Source of the DNA: Raillietiella orientalis | Lineage: Eukaryota | Assembly: GCA_036172245.1 (NCBI GenBank) | Contig: JAYWIR010000063.1 | Coordinates: 496,001 to 560,000 of the forward strand | Direction: 5' to 3' | Length of the DNA: 64,000 bases | Shown: one piece after another, positions 1 through 13,043 of the stretch | How positions within the stretch are numbered: position 1 is the first letter of the stretch | How the letters are laid out: every line of letters begins with the position of its first letter | Notes under the pieces: generated by a model | Told to the model about the DNA's origin: nothing | The model's input: the letters and a program-made list of their open reading frames with translations, nothing else | Databases searched by the model: none | Position numbers and translations under genes: made by a program

Positions 1-918
1 CTTCCCTTGATGATTCAACAGCTGATTGTGACCTTCCAGACAACTATCTCCATCCATCACATTTCTTCAATCTCGCTAATCCAATGCAGGCAAGGTGGAA
101 ACGAAAGACATCATCAAGTCTCTCTCCACTAATAGAAACCATAAATCTCAAAATTCAACCCATATCGTTTCACCCACCACAGGAAAAATTTTCGCATTTG
201 TATTCTAAAATGGTCCCACCATCCTCATACCTTAATTCCCAATTGTTGCCATGCAAGTAACTGTAGGATTTATTGAAGCTTACAGCTTTTCTACCCAAAC
301 CTCTCAACGTACAAAAATGCATTCAACATCAATACACCAACTGTTTGTTTTTCACTCCTGCAACCCGAACCCAGCCCTCATACTTTCTCAGCACCACCGA
401 TAACCCTTTCACTAATCTTCACATACACAGGAAGACACTCTTCTGCAAAGTCAAAATTTTAGGTAGATTTATCCAGCAGAACAGCAGTCTGAATTTCTGC
501 ATATCCTTGCAAGAGTAAAAAATGCACTCAAACTTGCAACGTTCAAATCCATTCTGTAAAGGACTCTCTCATTCATTTCTTTCTTTCGAACATTCGTCAA
601 TGTTGGACCGAGGGTAAAGTAAGAATTCAACTTCTCCAGACACTTGTCCAATAGAATTTCTATGGATGGGATGCAATAGTCTTTGCTCGACAGCTTTAAC
701 TGCCATGGTAATCCAAAGTATTTCAGTAATTGCTGGCCTTCTTTGTTTTACTCTCCTTTTATTTCGAATGTTTATTTTTTCACTTACCCATATCCACTGT
801 CTTCTTCTTGAGGTCTCTCTGTGTAACTCACACATCATGGATGTTGAATGACTATTCCTCCTTCGAATTCTATGCTTATGAAAAAGCTGATTTTCAATAT
901 ATAGGCTAATTACTGAGA
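1..918 (+). repeat. Direct repeat copy 1 (copy 2 at 63078-64000), cut by window edge
   Basis: Near-identical sequence; minus-strand ORFs 469..651 and 63551..63733 translate identically (offset 63082). Confidence 0.97.
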
Positions 919-2077
919 AATAATGAGCTGCACCCTTAATATAACAAATACAGAACACATTACCCATTCAAAACGATTACCCTCAGACAAAGTTACAATT
1001 GATTTGAACTCAGGCATACCACTGTTAATGCAATTCATTTCCTCCAATCAAAACACCTCAGATTCTCAGTGCAATGTCTATCAGTCTGCTAAGCACTTTG
1101 AATATTATGCATTTTAATCCTTGCACCATATGATTACCACATGAATCTCAGAGCAGTCAGCTACTGGTCAGTTCACTTAAGGAAACACATCCAAGGACAA
1201 TGAATAGTGACCACAAATATTGACTTCACCATCTTTGCTCTTCTGCAGTATAGGGAAACACCACTCTTCTTTTCACTTTTCGTAGTAGAATGCACACCAA
1301 CGTCAAAGCACATTTCCTGTATTCCATCTACGCTTTCCTAATCGCTTGTATTTTTTTAACAGTCGATTTTAAACTTCCTATCCTTCTCTCCCATCCTTCT
1401 TCCCATTTTCTCACACTCACTCTCTAAACTTATGCCCTCTCACGGAATGTAGGATTTAAATAAAAACTATACACTAGAATGATTCTCCAGAATTCTAATA
1501 CAAAAACTGGTCAAAGGTCTAGTTCCAGACATTCCATGAAATTGATGTCTACACACCTGCTGATGCTAAACAAGTGCACATTCACTCTCAAATCAACAAA
1601 CATTCAATGTGAAATTTTCTCCCTTTTATATTGTATTCAGTGTGTCTTACGGATTGATCTTACTTGTTCATAAGGAATCGTGGTGATACAGTGATTACTG
1701 TGGTAAACGAAGGGGCGCTCTTTTGTCCGTTCGCAGCTGTTATAGCTTAACTAGAAAGCTATTGGTTGGCCAAGGTAAGGCTCATTCCCATGTTCCTTTT
1801 GACCTTAATATTTTGGAAAAATTATTCAATCTTTTCCAAAACGTTTTTTTTTCTTTGTGGCATTGTGTCGGCAGCAAAATTATCAGTGCAGCGCGTGAAT
1901 TGATTCACAATAGTTACTGTCGCATAGCACCCCAGGATCTCAACTCTTAGTTTCGAGCTTCAGTTCCCAATACAAGCAACAACTAGCACTTTCTGTGCTT
2001 TCTGGAATATTATGTAAACCGAAATTTTTGATCTATCAGTTAATTTTTATTTTTATTTGCAATACTGAATTTTAAAG

Positions 2078-4730
2078 ATGGTGGCGCGACCACGTGGCGC
2101 GCATATGGCAAACTCTTACCGCGCTCAACGAAGCTGGAGTTGCGCCTATATCCCCAACGCCGTGCTCGCATGCACTCCTGTACCTGCGTTTGCACTCGTT
2201 TGTGGACAATTCCCCGTTACTCTGGTTACATGGGAGCAACCACTCCTTGAAACCATGGAAGTTCAAAAACAAACTTTGGAACACGACTTTTTAGACGCCG
2301 ACCGTGGTTTATACATCAATCAGCACCACTCATACATCAAACTTCACCGTATCCTGTGCGCTCAACCAACGAACCCGCATGACTGGAAAAGTTCACGTAC
2401 AGTTCTAATTCCCAAATCTGGAGCATCTGACCCCACGGACGTAACACAATTTCGTCCCATCGCCATCTCCAACACCGTTAGCAAACTGTTCTGCAAAATC
2501 CTCGCGAAATGGCTGCGAACGTGGATCCTCAACAATGGAATCCTTGGACGTCATCAGAAGGGATTTCTTCCTTATGATGGTGTTTTAGAACAAAACTTTG
2601 TCCTGACCACTCTATTCGAGCTCTCCTGGGTCCACCACAATGACATTGTCACCGCGTAGATAGATTCTAAAGACGCTTTTTCCTCCATCCCCCACCAGCT
2701 CATCCTAGAGGCGTTGACCTTACTAGGGGCTGATCATCAATTTCATGGTATCATGTCCAAAATGTATTCGGAATTTACAACAACAATTTTAACCTCGGAC
2801 AGACCTACCTATCCAATTCCAATTCGTTCCTCAGTACTCCAAGTGTGCCCCCGGAGTGGTCTATTATTTAACATCGCGCTCGAACTCTTCATCGAAATTC
2901 AGAAGCATCACCACCCCTCTATCATTCCACTTGCATATGCAGATGATGTTGCGCTCATAGCAAGTTCCATAGACGAGCTACAACTTGCCATCACCGCACT
3001 TGAAGATGCGACCCGTGCTGCTAACTTACAAATCAACCCTAATAAATGCTGCACGTATCACTACGTAGCCTCTCCAACGCATGTGCAAAATACATCGCTG
3101 TCTGTGAATGGTGCACCAATTTTGTCCCTTTCCCTTTAAGAAACATAAATATCTAGGGAAACCAATTAATTTTGATCCACTCATGTATGACGGAAACGCA
3201 GATACGTTCAATACACTCTTCAAAATTATTGCAGACTCCTCGTTAGCTCCATGGCAGAAACTGGAGGCAATTAAATCCTTTTTCCTGCCATCTTTATTGC
3301 ACGACTTACGCCTCGGTACAAAACCCATATTGTTTTGGGACAAGATCGACAAAATAACACGGAATGCGTTCAAGCAAGCTATTCTTCCCCTTACTCAAGG
3401 CTCATCTAACGAATACCTAGACTGGAGTGTCCGTGATGGATGCCTTGGGATAATGGTCTCCGTAGAAGAAGCACGAACCATGATAGCTGACTTTGCGTTT
3501 AAGCTGTAAACATGCCCGGATCCTCATGTGACCGATCTTGCCTTCACCCTTTCCGATGCTGTACGTGGAAAGACCCACGCCTCACCCGACCTGCTCTTGT
3601 TTGCACGATACCTCAATGCATGCTCTTCCTCCCCTTTAGATCGCCCAAGTGGTGATCCCCGCACGATGTGGTCCGCATTACGGGAAGCAACGAAGTATCT
3701 ACATATAACGTGGAAAATTGAGGACAATAATATAACGCTCTCCCTGTCCTTTCCTGAGCATGAAAACCCCGAAATTCTATCGTTCGCTCAATGTAGACAA
3801 GTAGCACAAACGATACGTGCTCAGTTTAGAAAGCAAAAACGCTTATCACTTCGAGCCAAGCCAAACCAAGGTAAGGAAATGGAATGTATAGCCATTCACC
3901 AAGCCTCCATGTCATTCCTACCCTCATGCGATGGATGCCGATTTGCAGACTGGCGTTTCGTACACCGCGCCCGCTTAAACCAATTATTTCTTAACGGAAA
4001 TCAAAAAACACGCGGTGACTTTGAAGAATGCAGAAAATGTGGCTACGTCAAAGAAACATTGGCCCGTGTTCTGTATCACTGTCCGAACCAGCTTGGAACA
4101 ACGACCACTCGAAGACATGACTTTGCTGACTTTGTTCAAGATTCTCTCCCCTCGATGGCCCGTTGCTCAGAAAGATCGACCGGTCGATGTGCTGAACTCC
4201 ACCCCTCGCCCCAACATTTTCCTACAAAATACGCCTACAGCTGTGATGACTGACGTTGTGATCTCTTTTGAAAATTGTGCATTATCTCTGCAGCATGCTC
4301 GAGAAGGCAAAATCCGTAAATATGCGGAGATCGAAGCGGCACTTAAGCAACAAACCCGTGCACCATCAACCAAGCCTCTATGATCGCGGCGATTGGCTCA
4401 TGGGATCCCGAAAACACAAACTCTTAAAATTGCTCGTCATCCTTCACAGAACGATAACCTCGCTCTCTCGACATCTATGCACCCAAAATATAAAATCCTA
4501 CAGGGACATATACATCAATAACGTCTCTAGGCTTGACCCTTCTGATTATCCAACGGAAGGAAGTCTCCACCATAAGAACGTGTACCAAGCACAAACAGAG
4601 CCATGTACCTCGAGAGGAAACAACCTCTCCGATCACAGCATAAAGCCTCAAGCACATGACAACTTTTTCAACGGCTCCACTATATCTCCAACAGTAAGAG
4701 CTATCCAGGTACTAACGACCCTCTAAAGGC
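2078..4730 (+). mobile_element. Decayed RLE-type non-LTR retrotransposon (Utopia/NeSL-like), 5'-truncated
   Basis: RT motifs WKSSRTVLIPK, FRPIAI, QKGFLPYDGVLEQNF, AYADD, KYLG, LAPWQKL; FADWRFVHRARLN; CRKCG..ETL..VL.HC knuckle; RH.., DVVISFE, KIRKY restriction-like endonuclease; several stops and frameshifts. Confidence 0.85.
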
Positions 4731-4979
4731 GATTCACACACAAAAGACTAATTAAAATGTACCCCATTAACAACTATGTACTCAAAGACACTTCAGATCC
4801 CTGTGAAATTATGATTCTGAAATTCGTAGTAAACACTGAACTTATAGGACAAAAATACAACAAAGAATGCCGCAATGTAAACCTAATCATCAACTCAAAG
4901 AACATGCTGAAGAAAAGAGGGCTTAATCCGTCCCCTACGTATTAAGATCCCGTACACGTGACACCTGCTGGAAGAGATA

Positions 4980-6491
4980 CAGTATAACGCATGGTGCAAG
5001 ATGGAGCGCAGATAGACCAACAAAGAGGCCGGGAAGCCCGAGCGTTTCAAAAGATCCAGCAGGAGATTCCGGTCGACGCAGTCGACCGCCTTGTGCGCTC
5101 TAAGGCAACCGTGTTTTCTCGGTGCTCCTTGTGCCAGGAAGTCTCCCCCAGTGCTAGCGTCGTGTGGTTCGGTGGTCGATCAGCCAGCGATGCCTGACGC
5201 GACCACCAGGGATGGCCAGGGGGCAGCGGCAACGCCGCCCCCAGAGGCGATGGAGAGCCAGGGGGCGGCGGCAACGTCGCCCCCAGAGGCGATGGAGGTG
5301 GGGGCATCCGCCCCCACAGAATCGGTCCCCGCTGCAGCGCGGGCGTGGAGCGCCGTTGTGTCGGCGCCATCGCCTGCAGCCGCGACGGAATTGTCGGCCT
5401 ATGTAGAGGAGGGGTACAACCCCTCATTGTTCTACAAGGTAGGCAATTTATATTCTTTAGAGAGCGCGCGCGCCTTCTCGAAGGGCATGCGCGCTCTCGA
5501 TGTGAAAGAGGAGGAGCTCAGCGCTATGACCATCCGCAGCGGGGGTCAGTACGTTGAGGTCATCTGCAAACATGCAGAGCTGGCCCAACGACTGCTTAAA
5601 ACCCCCGTTGTGATGGGGACGCGCAGGCTTCTCCCCACTACGGCGGACCGCAGCATGGTGGTCCACCTGTTAGGTGAAACCGCGCGGATGCGCAAGGAAC
5701 AGGTTCGCGCCGCGTTGGAGGAATACGGAACGGTCCACGCGCAGTGGACGAAAGTTAGTCCTTTCGAGGACTACACAAGGCTGCAACACGGCCTCACTGC
5801 TGCGCGCGTGACCGTTCGGGAGGGCTGCACTCTTCCCCACAAACTGGTGGTCGAAGGCGAAACCGTCGACCTCTGGTATGTGGGGAAGCCGAAATACTGT
5901 GGCTTCTGCAATACGTCGGGCCACCTCAAACAGAGGTGTCCCAATGTGCAGTGCCAAGTATGCGGCACAATGGGCCACACGAGGGAGGTGTGCCCAAAAG
6001 CAGCAGTGCGGGTGGTTTCCAAGAGAAACCTTAAAAAACGCGCCCGGCTTCTGCAGAAAAGACTGGAGGCGAAAGCTGCCGCGAAGGCTGTGCCACCCGC
6101 GCCCAAGACCCAGGCCGCACCCGAGACCCCGGCGACCAACGCCGAAAAAGTTGAGGGAGCCGGCCAGGAGACTGAGTGGCAAGTGGCAACGGCCAAAAAA
6201 TCAAAGAAGGAGAGGAGGATGGAAAAGAAAATCGCCTACCAACAGAAGAAGAAAGAGCAGGGTAGCGCGATAATTAAAGAGTGCAGCGTCGTTGTCGAAC
6301 GCGTTCTCGATGTTGCCGAACGCTGCCGGAAAGAACTCGCCGCTACCGACGACCTCCCCTCTGTTGACACAGTCAACAGCGAGGGGAGCGAGTCGGCGGC
6401 GGCGTCCGTCATCGACACCACCATCGATGACGTAGCCTTCGCGCGAGCCGCGGAGGAGCTGGCAGCCTCGTTGCAGCCAGCCCCTCCGCGG
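4980..6491 (+). mobile_element. L1/Tx1-like LINE A0, segment 1 (5' UTR and ORF1 N-part); 5' boundary approximate
   Basis: ORF 5091..6533 (ATG 5190) with two CCHC knuckles CGFCNTSGHLKQRC and CQVCGTMGHTREVC; homologous to A1 ORF1; interrupted by A1. Confidence 0.85.
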
Positions 6492-6556
6492 CCAGTAGGA
6501 GGACGTGTTTTTCCTTCACTCCCCAAAGAGTAGTAGGAAAGCGCTTTTTCTTCTGT

Positions 6557-8338
6557 GTGGTGTTTTGTGTACATCGTCGGTGTCCAATTGCCACGACGCC
6601 AGAGGACACCGCGATGGAGGTGGGAGTGGGGGAGGCTAGTTCGCCCCCACAGCCTACTAGAGCAGGGGCAGCCGCCCCGGAATCATCCCCGGCCACGCCG
6701 AGGACATGGAGCGCCATGGTGGCCGCGCCCAGCGCAGAAGCCATGGCGGAGATGGCCGCATACAAGGCCTCCGGGTACAAGCCATCGCTTGTCTACCAGG
6801 TAGGCAACTTGTTCGACGGCCGGACAGCGCGCGCCTTCAGCAAAGCGTTGAAGGACGCGAATGTCACAGAGAAGGATCTGGACGGCCTCTCCGTCCTCAG
6901 CGGCGGGCAGCGGGTCGAGGTGGTCTGCAAAGATGTCACCTTGGCTCACCGCCTTATCCATGCGCCGCTGAACGTAGACGGCCGCAAGATCCTGCCAGTA
7001 TCTATGGACCGCTCCGTGGTGGTCCACATGACTGGCATCACCAGCCGCATGACGCGGTCAGCGGTTGGTGAGGAATTACGGAAGTACGGTGAGGTGCACG
7101 CACTGTGGCCGAAACCCTCCATTTTCGACGGCTTCGATAGCCTTTTTGGTGGGCAGGCTGCAGCGCGGGTCACCGTACGGGAGAAATGTGGGCTTCCCCA
7201 CAAACTACAGGTGGCGCAAGAAAACGTCGACCTGTGGTATGTAGGGAAGCCCCGGTATTGCGGGCATTGTGATACCGTGGGACACCTACGTAAAAGGTGT
7301 CCCAATATACAATGCCATTTGTGCGGGGAGCGGGGCCACGTTCGACGCGTGTGTCCCAAACGCCCCACCCCGGTTCCCCCTGCCGCGAAAAAAGCGCAGG
7401 GGAAACGTGCTTCAAAGGTCTCTAGACCTAAAGTAGAAAAGGGCCAGCACAAGCTGCCAACACCTCAACCTCCAGCGCGTAAGCCGGAGGATAAACCTTC
7501 TGAAACGGTGGAAGGCGAAGAGGGATGGCAGCTTGTAGAGGCCAGAAAGCCGAGGAAACTCCCACCCGCGGAGAGCAAAGAGCGCAAGACGGCCGGTAAG
7601 CCGAAAAAACCCGGTCCGCGCTCGAAAACTTTGCGCGAGTGCACGGTGGCACTGGAACGAATCGTCGTTCCCGAGAGTGCCACCCGGAGCGTCGATCCTC
7701 CCCTTGCCGTTTCCGCTGCGCCCGAGGCTCGCGACGGCGAACCCTCTGTTTACACAGAGGGTGAGCCGCGCGACATAGCGGCGGTCGAAGCCGCGGACTC
7801 CGCGTTCGCGCAGGCGGCGGAGGAGCTCGCGGTCACGCTGGCCGAGCGTGAGAACCCCTCGCGCAAGGCCGTGCGAAGGCCGGCTCCGGCGAAGAAGGCC
7901 CCCACAGGTGAGTTAGACCTGGGGGCCGGAAGCACATCCTCCTCCTCGGAGGCACCCCCCAGGAAATCGGGACGCAAGTCCCAGAAGCCCAGGAGGCGCC
8001 TCCCCTCCACCAGCGAGGAGGAGAAGACGGAAGCCGTCGCCAGCGTGGGAAATTCGGAGGAGGAATTCCCACGCTCGGAAGCCGTCGATGCGGCCACCCC
8101 CATGGAGGAGGGTGAACAGGGGGGTGAAGTCCCCCCTGCAGGCGCCGACCCTGAACAGCCCGCCCCCATGGAGGAGAGCGAACAGGTAGGCGCGACTCCA
8201 CCTGCGGGTGATCCGGCCGACGCGCCGGCACCGATGGAGGAGGGGGACCAGGTGCCTTCAGCACCTGACCCCCCTGCTCCACCTAGCGTCCCGCCCCAGC
8301 AGGTGGCGGACGCCACACTGCCATCTTCCCAGGAGTAA
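6557..8338 (+). CDS. A1 ORF1, gag-like zinc-knuckle nucleic-acid-binding protein (open)
   Basis: 593-codon frame; CGHCDTVGHLRKRC and CHLCGERGHVRRVC; low-complexity C-terminus with PMEE repeats. Confidence 0.85.
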   Translation: MVFCVHRRCPIATTPEDTAMEVGVGEASSPPQPTRAGAAAPESSPATPRTWSAMVAAPSAEAMAEMAAYKASGYKPSLVYQVGNLFDGRTARAFSKALKDANVTEKDLDGLSVLSGGQRVEVVCKDVTLAHRLIHAPLNVDGRKILPVSMDRSVVVHMTGITSRMTRSAVGEELRKYGEVHALWPKPSIFDGFDSLFGGQAAARVTVREKCGLPHKLQVAQENVDLWYVGKPRYCGHCDTVGHLRKRCPNIQCHLCGERGHVRRVCPKRPTPVPPAAKKAQGKRASKVSRPKVEKGQHKLPTPQPPARKPEDKPSETVEGEEGWQLVEARKPRKLPPAESKERKTAGKPKKPGPRSKTLRECTVALERIVVPESATRSVDPPLAVSAAPEARDGEPSVYTEGEPRDIAAVEAADSAFAQAAEELAVTLAERENPSRKAVRRPAPAKKAPTGELDLGAGSTSSSSEAPPRKSGRKSQKPRRRLPSTSEEEKTEAVASVGNSEEEFPRSEAVDAATPMEEGEQGGEVPPAGADPEQPAPMEESEQVGATPPAGDPADAPAPMEEGDQVPSAPDPPAPPSVPPQQVADATLPSSQE

Positions 8339-11300
8339 CACCTGGGCTCGCCAGTCGCCGTCGGATTCGCGCGGCCTGTTGGAATGTCAACGGGCTGCGC
8401 GACGACGGTAACAGGCGAGATACAGCCGACACCCTGCGGGAGTTCGACCTGGCCCTGTTGCAGGAGATCCACGTGATCACCGCGGCCGACGTCCAGGAGA
8501 TCGAGACGATCGCGGGGGGTCGGCTGTACTGGCAATGCGGCATCCGCAACACCTGCGGGGTCGCGTTCTTCGTGAAGCCGGCCATCGACGCTGCCGTGAA
8601 GGGCGTGCGCTTCGATGACGACGGTCGGGTCGGTCAGCTGACTCTCGGCTGGTCGGACTCGATCGATCTGATCGTCACGAATGTGTACGCCCCAACCGGT
8701 CAAAAGGGATACAGCAACCGTACCAGGCTGCTTGAATCCTTGAAGCGCGACTGGCTGGCGAACACGAGCGTGCGGAAGGCTCACCTGATAGCGCGAGATT
8801 TCAATCTCCGCCTGCTAACAGGTGAGCCGGAAACACAGGTGAACGCGATGAACGAGTTGTGCGCCGCCATGCGTGCGCGCAACTTGTTCGCGGGTGAGAG
8901 GGGAATGGTCCGCAGCATCGACCACGTCTTCCTCGACGCTGACCTGTGTTCACGGGTCGGCAAACGGGGGAGGGTTGCGTCAACGTTGTCGGACCATTCC
9001 CGGTTAATTTTCGAGATGCGGCCTCGCGACAAAGGACCGCCATCCAGAGACTGGCGTCTGCCGGGGGACTGGACGCGACTCTCAGGTGCGAAGGAACACC
9101 TTCGCGAATACCTGAGAGGCGTCACGCTCCGGAATCTCCAAGACTGGGACCTTTTTAAGGAATCGGTCCGGGAATTCTGCGAGCAGTTCCCCCTGGACCG
9201 CCTGCCCACCGGATTCGGCGAGGGTCCTCGCAACCATCGGGCCTATTTACAGGCCCGTAGGTACGAGCGAACCCCTAATGTCCGTCGCCTGGCCGAGTAC
9301 CGCGCCGGGGCCGAACGCCAAGCCTGGCAATCCGGGTCGGCCAGCTTGCTGGACGACTAGGGCTGGGAATGTTCGTCCCCGGCGTCGGTACGGCATCTCG
9401 TGCGGAGTTATTATTCCTCCCTTCACGCCAGGGCGCCCCCGGATCAAGATGCCTCTCGGCTCTTGCTTCCGGATGGTGCCCCGGGAATAGGGGAGGAGGA
9501 GTCGTTAAGCCTCGATGAGCCTTTTACGACCGGCGAAATTCTCGCCGGTATCAAAAGGCTCAAGAGGCGGAAAGCTCCAGGGGAAGACGGCTTGCCCGCG
9601 GAGTTCTATCAGAGCTTCGGGGAAGAGCTGGCACCCCTGCTGCTTCAGCTGACAAGGCTGATCCGAGACGGAGGCGATGTTCCCGCCTCGTTTCGGTCAG
9701 CCAGAGTGAGGCTCCTTCCGAAAGGGGGAGACCTTAGGAATTTGAACAACTGGCGTCCGATCACGATTGTGAATACGGACGCCAAGTTGGTTGCCGGGCT
9801 ATGGGCTTCGCGTCTGGGGCAGGTGGCAGAATCCATTATTAGCCCGGAGCAGACATATGCTGTTCCCGGGCGAAGTATGGATGCCAACCTCTTCTTCGCG
9901 AGCACGTGGATGCACGCGCAGAGGTGTCAAAAGGAAGGAAAAGGAAAAATCGGCAACCCCACTTTGGGGCCGCCAGCAGGGCAGGGAATGGACTCCCGGG
10001 CGGGGAAGGGGGCCTTAGCGCTCGCAGTCGATCTCCATAAGGCGTTCGACTGTGTTGACCAGGGGCTTTTGTTGGAGCTCCTGGGTCGCATGGGCTTCCC
10101 ATCCTCCTTGATCAACTACCTGCGCTCCTGCTGGCGCCATGCGATAATTTCCGTCTCTTTCAGCGGTCAGAAGGTGCATGGCGTGCCGGTGCGGCGGGGC
10201 ATCAGGCAGGGAGATAGCCTGAGTCCCCTGCTCTTCAGCACCTACTTTGAGTTGGTGCTGAGAGCCTACAGGGTGACTTTGGCCTCCTTGCCGAGCTCGT
10301 GTCCCGGCACGCCCGCCGTAGCAGCCTATGCCGACGACCTTCTGCTCCTGTTACCTATGTCCACCCGGCGTAGGTGGTCGGAGACTTCTTCGATCTGCTC
10401 AGCCGTGGGACCGGACTGCAGGTCAACAGGGCGAAGTCGTCGGTGGTGCCAGTAGGTGCGGCGTGGGCAGGGCAGCAGGACTGGGTCCGTCTGGGGATCC
10501 CCACGGCGAGGTGCCTCAAGTACCTTGGTGTGCCATTGGGTGACTACTCCCCTGCGGAAGCGTGGTCCAGCTGTCTTCAAAAAGTCGAGACGGCGATCGG
10601 CCCGTTCCTGGAAGGCAAGTTTCACTTGCCGGAACGGGCCGCGGTTTGGAACGCCTTCGCGGCCTCCATCCTCCGCCCCTTGCTTTTTGTTTGCCCCGCC
10701 CCCAGAGAATGCAAAAAGAGGACGAAGGACCTCCTGCGCATCGCTCTTTGGGGCAAGGGGAGGCCCCGAGTTCCTCTGCAGGACTTGTGCGCTCCGCGTC
10801 GGGACGGCGGCCTTGGCCTCCTGACGCTGGAGCGCGTGGAAATCCAGCTGCGGTGGCGAACCCTCGCCATCGCAGCGAAGATGTGGAGCACCCCTTGGTG
10901 CGTTCCGGCCCGCCACCTCGCCAGGCGTGTGTCCCGATGCGAAGGACTCGCGTCGTTTCTTCTGTGCCCTGGCCGGAAGATCCGAAGATGCGGCCTTATG
11001 CTCGGACGCATAGCAACCTTGGCGAAGACGAACGGTTGGATGGTTTGTGGCCCCGCCAACTCCTCCGCCTGGTTAGAGGAGTCTGCTGGCACATGGGCTA
11101 AGCTGAACCGGAGGAGCGAAAACCACATGAACTGCCTGCGAATCGGCCCATACGCCAACCGCACCCTGCGGGAAATACTGGAATTTCCTCGAAGTCGCAG
11201 GTGGGCGTTGACGACCCCCCTTGCTACGGCGATGCCCTACCTCCTGAGGGCGCTTCAGGATTGCCAGAAGCCGAGGTGGCAAGTCACCTGCCAGATCGCA

Positions 11301-11933
11301 GGCAGGGAGAAGATGTTAAGCGGCTGGACCACAGGAGAACTGGCGGACGCCACGACCCCGAGCGTCCAGCCGCGTGGACTAATGAGATGGGGCGAGCTGC
11401 TCGCCATCCCTACGGATGTGCTGAAGTGGCCCCCGGTATTAAAGGAATCCAGGATCCTGCCCCTTAATTGGCAAGAGTCGGCGTTGCTTTTGTTGCACTG
11501 GGGTCTACCCTGCAACGCGCGCCGCTTCCACTGGACGAGGGGAGCTGTGGATCCTGCGTGTGCCAGGTGCGGGGAGCGGGAGTCGCTTCCCCACCTTATT
11601 GTGGATTGTGCTGCCATCCGACCCCTCTGGGAACGGTTCGGGGCGACCCTAGGGCTCCCTACGGGCAGCACCCCCAGAGACGTTCTTCGGCCCCTCTTCG
11701 TGAAGGACGCACTGCAGCCAGCCGCAGCCATCGCAGCCTTGTGCTGTGTCCGTGGCATCGTGGCGGCATGGAGCGACGCCAATAACGAAGGAGTGGGTCC
11801 ACACGCGAGGGATGTCATCCCATACGCCCAACGCTTCATGCGGAGAGCTGCCGGATGGCCCCAACTGGGGAATATACGGACGGACCGCGAGGGCTTCCTT
11901 CAACGGATGGGCCCTCCTCACAGCGTTCAGTGA
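8338..11933 (+). pseudogene. A1 ORF2 (AP endonuclease, RT, C-terminal zinc knuckle)
   Basis: WNVNG, LQEIH, NVYAP, DFN, IDH, SDH; DLHKAFD, GIRQGDSLSP, YADD; CARCGERESLPHLIVDC; in-frame TAG at 9358-9360 and frameshift near 10370. Confidence 0.93.
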
Positions 11934-12143
11934 TCCCTTCCCTGCCCTCCAACTTCTTTTTGTCTGTTTATGTTTTTTATTTTTCTTTTTGTTTTATCCC
12001 CATCCCCCTTCGCTGCTGAGGAACGCTACGCTGGGCTGCGTCTCGGCGTCCCGGCAGGTCCAGTGCATATGGCCGTGAGCGGGGCCTTGTACCGCGGATG
12101 TAGAGTTTTAACAAGAAACGCCCCGGGCGTTCCCGGGTGTAAA

Positions 12144-12689
12144 CCTCCAAGGTTGGCAACAAGGCCGTAAGGCGTAAGGCCTCCCCTCAGGAGTCCCCCA
12201 CTTCCGACCCCGAGGTGGAGGCCGGAAGCGCAGCCTGGGTTTCCACGGCACCCCGCAAGAAGGCTGGACGTAAGTCCACAAAGCCGAGGAAGCTCGTCTC
12301 CCCCGTCAAGGGGGAAGAGATGGCTTCCGCAAGCGAGAGTGCCATGAGCGTGGGAAACTCGCGGGACCCGTCGCCCGAGAGACTCCCACGCGCGGACACG
12401 GAGGGGATGGAGGGTGTGGAGGCCGATCAGTTGCCTCAGGTGCCTGAGAAGGCCGAAACCCCCATGGACATCCCGCCCGCCTCGCAAGAGGCGGTCTCCC
12501 CCACACCTTAATCTTCCCACCAGTAATGCCGGGAATCTCCTCCCGCCGTCGTCTGCGCATCGCCGTTTGGAACGTGAACGGCACGACAGATGCCGGCAGG
12601 AGACGAGACATGGCCGATCTTCTGGAGTCCTACGACCTTGCGCTGCTGCAGGAGATCCACGTGATCTCCGCAGAACAAGCGCAAGAGAT
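12144..12689 (+). mobile_element. LINE A0, segment 2 (ORF1 C-part and ORF2 start)
   Basis: NKAVRR..EAGS..PRKKAGRKSTKPR aligns with A1 ORF1 just past the A0 breakpoint; ORF2 MPGISSRRRLRIAVWNVNG..LQEIH..AQEI. Confidence 0.88.
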
Positions 12690-13043
12690 TTCTCACCCGG
12701 TCACGCCGGGGCGTTTATTCCATATAACATAACCAAAAAAAGCAATTATACAAAATAAACCAGTTGGGAACCAAACTCCCAACCGACGACTGAACAAGAA
12801 TGAAGAGAATATTGCTGGCACGCAGGCCAGAGTAACAGTTTTGTGAACGGTGTGGGGGGGCAGGGAACACAAAGAAACCAAAATAAAATAAAAACAATGA
12901 ATAAGGAGGACGGGATAAGGGTCTTTGGGATCGCTCTGGAAGACACGGGGATAAAAGCATGGGCACCGGAAATTTTTACCGAGCGAACGGGGACGGGGTA
13001 TGGGTGGGCGAGAGGTCGCAGGGGTCACCGGATTACGCCGTTC

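Larger units (their letters stand above)
6492..12143 (+). mobile_element. L1/Tx1-like LINE A1, full length, ORF2 disrupted; nested in A0 ORF1
   Basis: ORF1 plus APE-EN/RT ORF2, T-rich 3' UTR, terminal CGCCCCGG..CCGGGTG hairpin and A3; flanks CCTCCgcGG / CCTCCaaGG. Confidence 0.92.

Noticed and set aside
7750..8784. 344-aa antisense ORF and many similar 100-250 aa ORFs
   Set aside because: Shadow frames of GC-rich LINE coding sequence; no domain motifs
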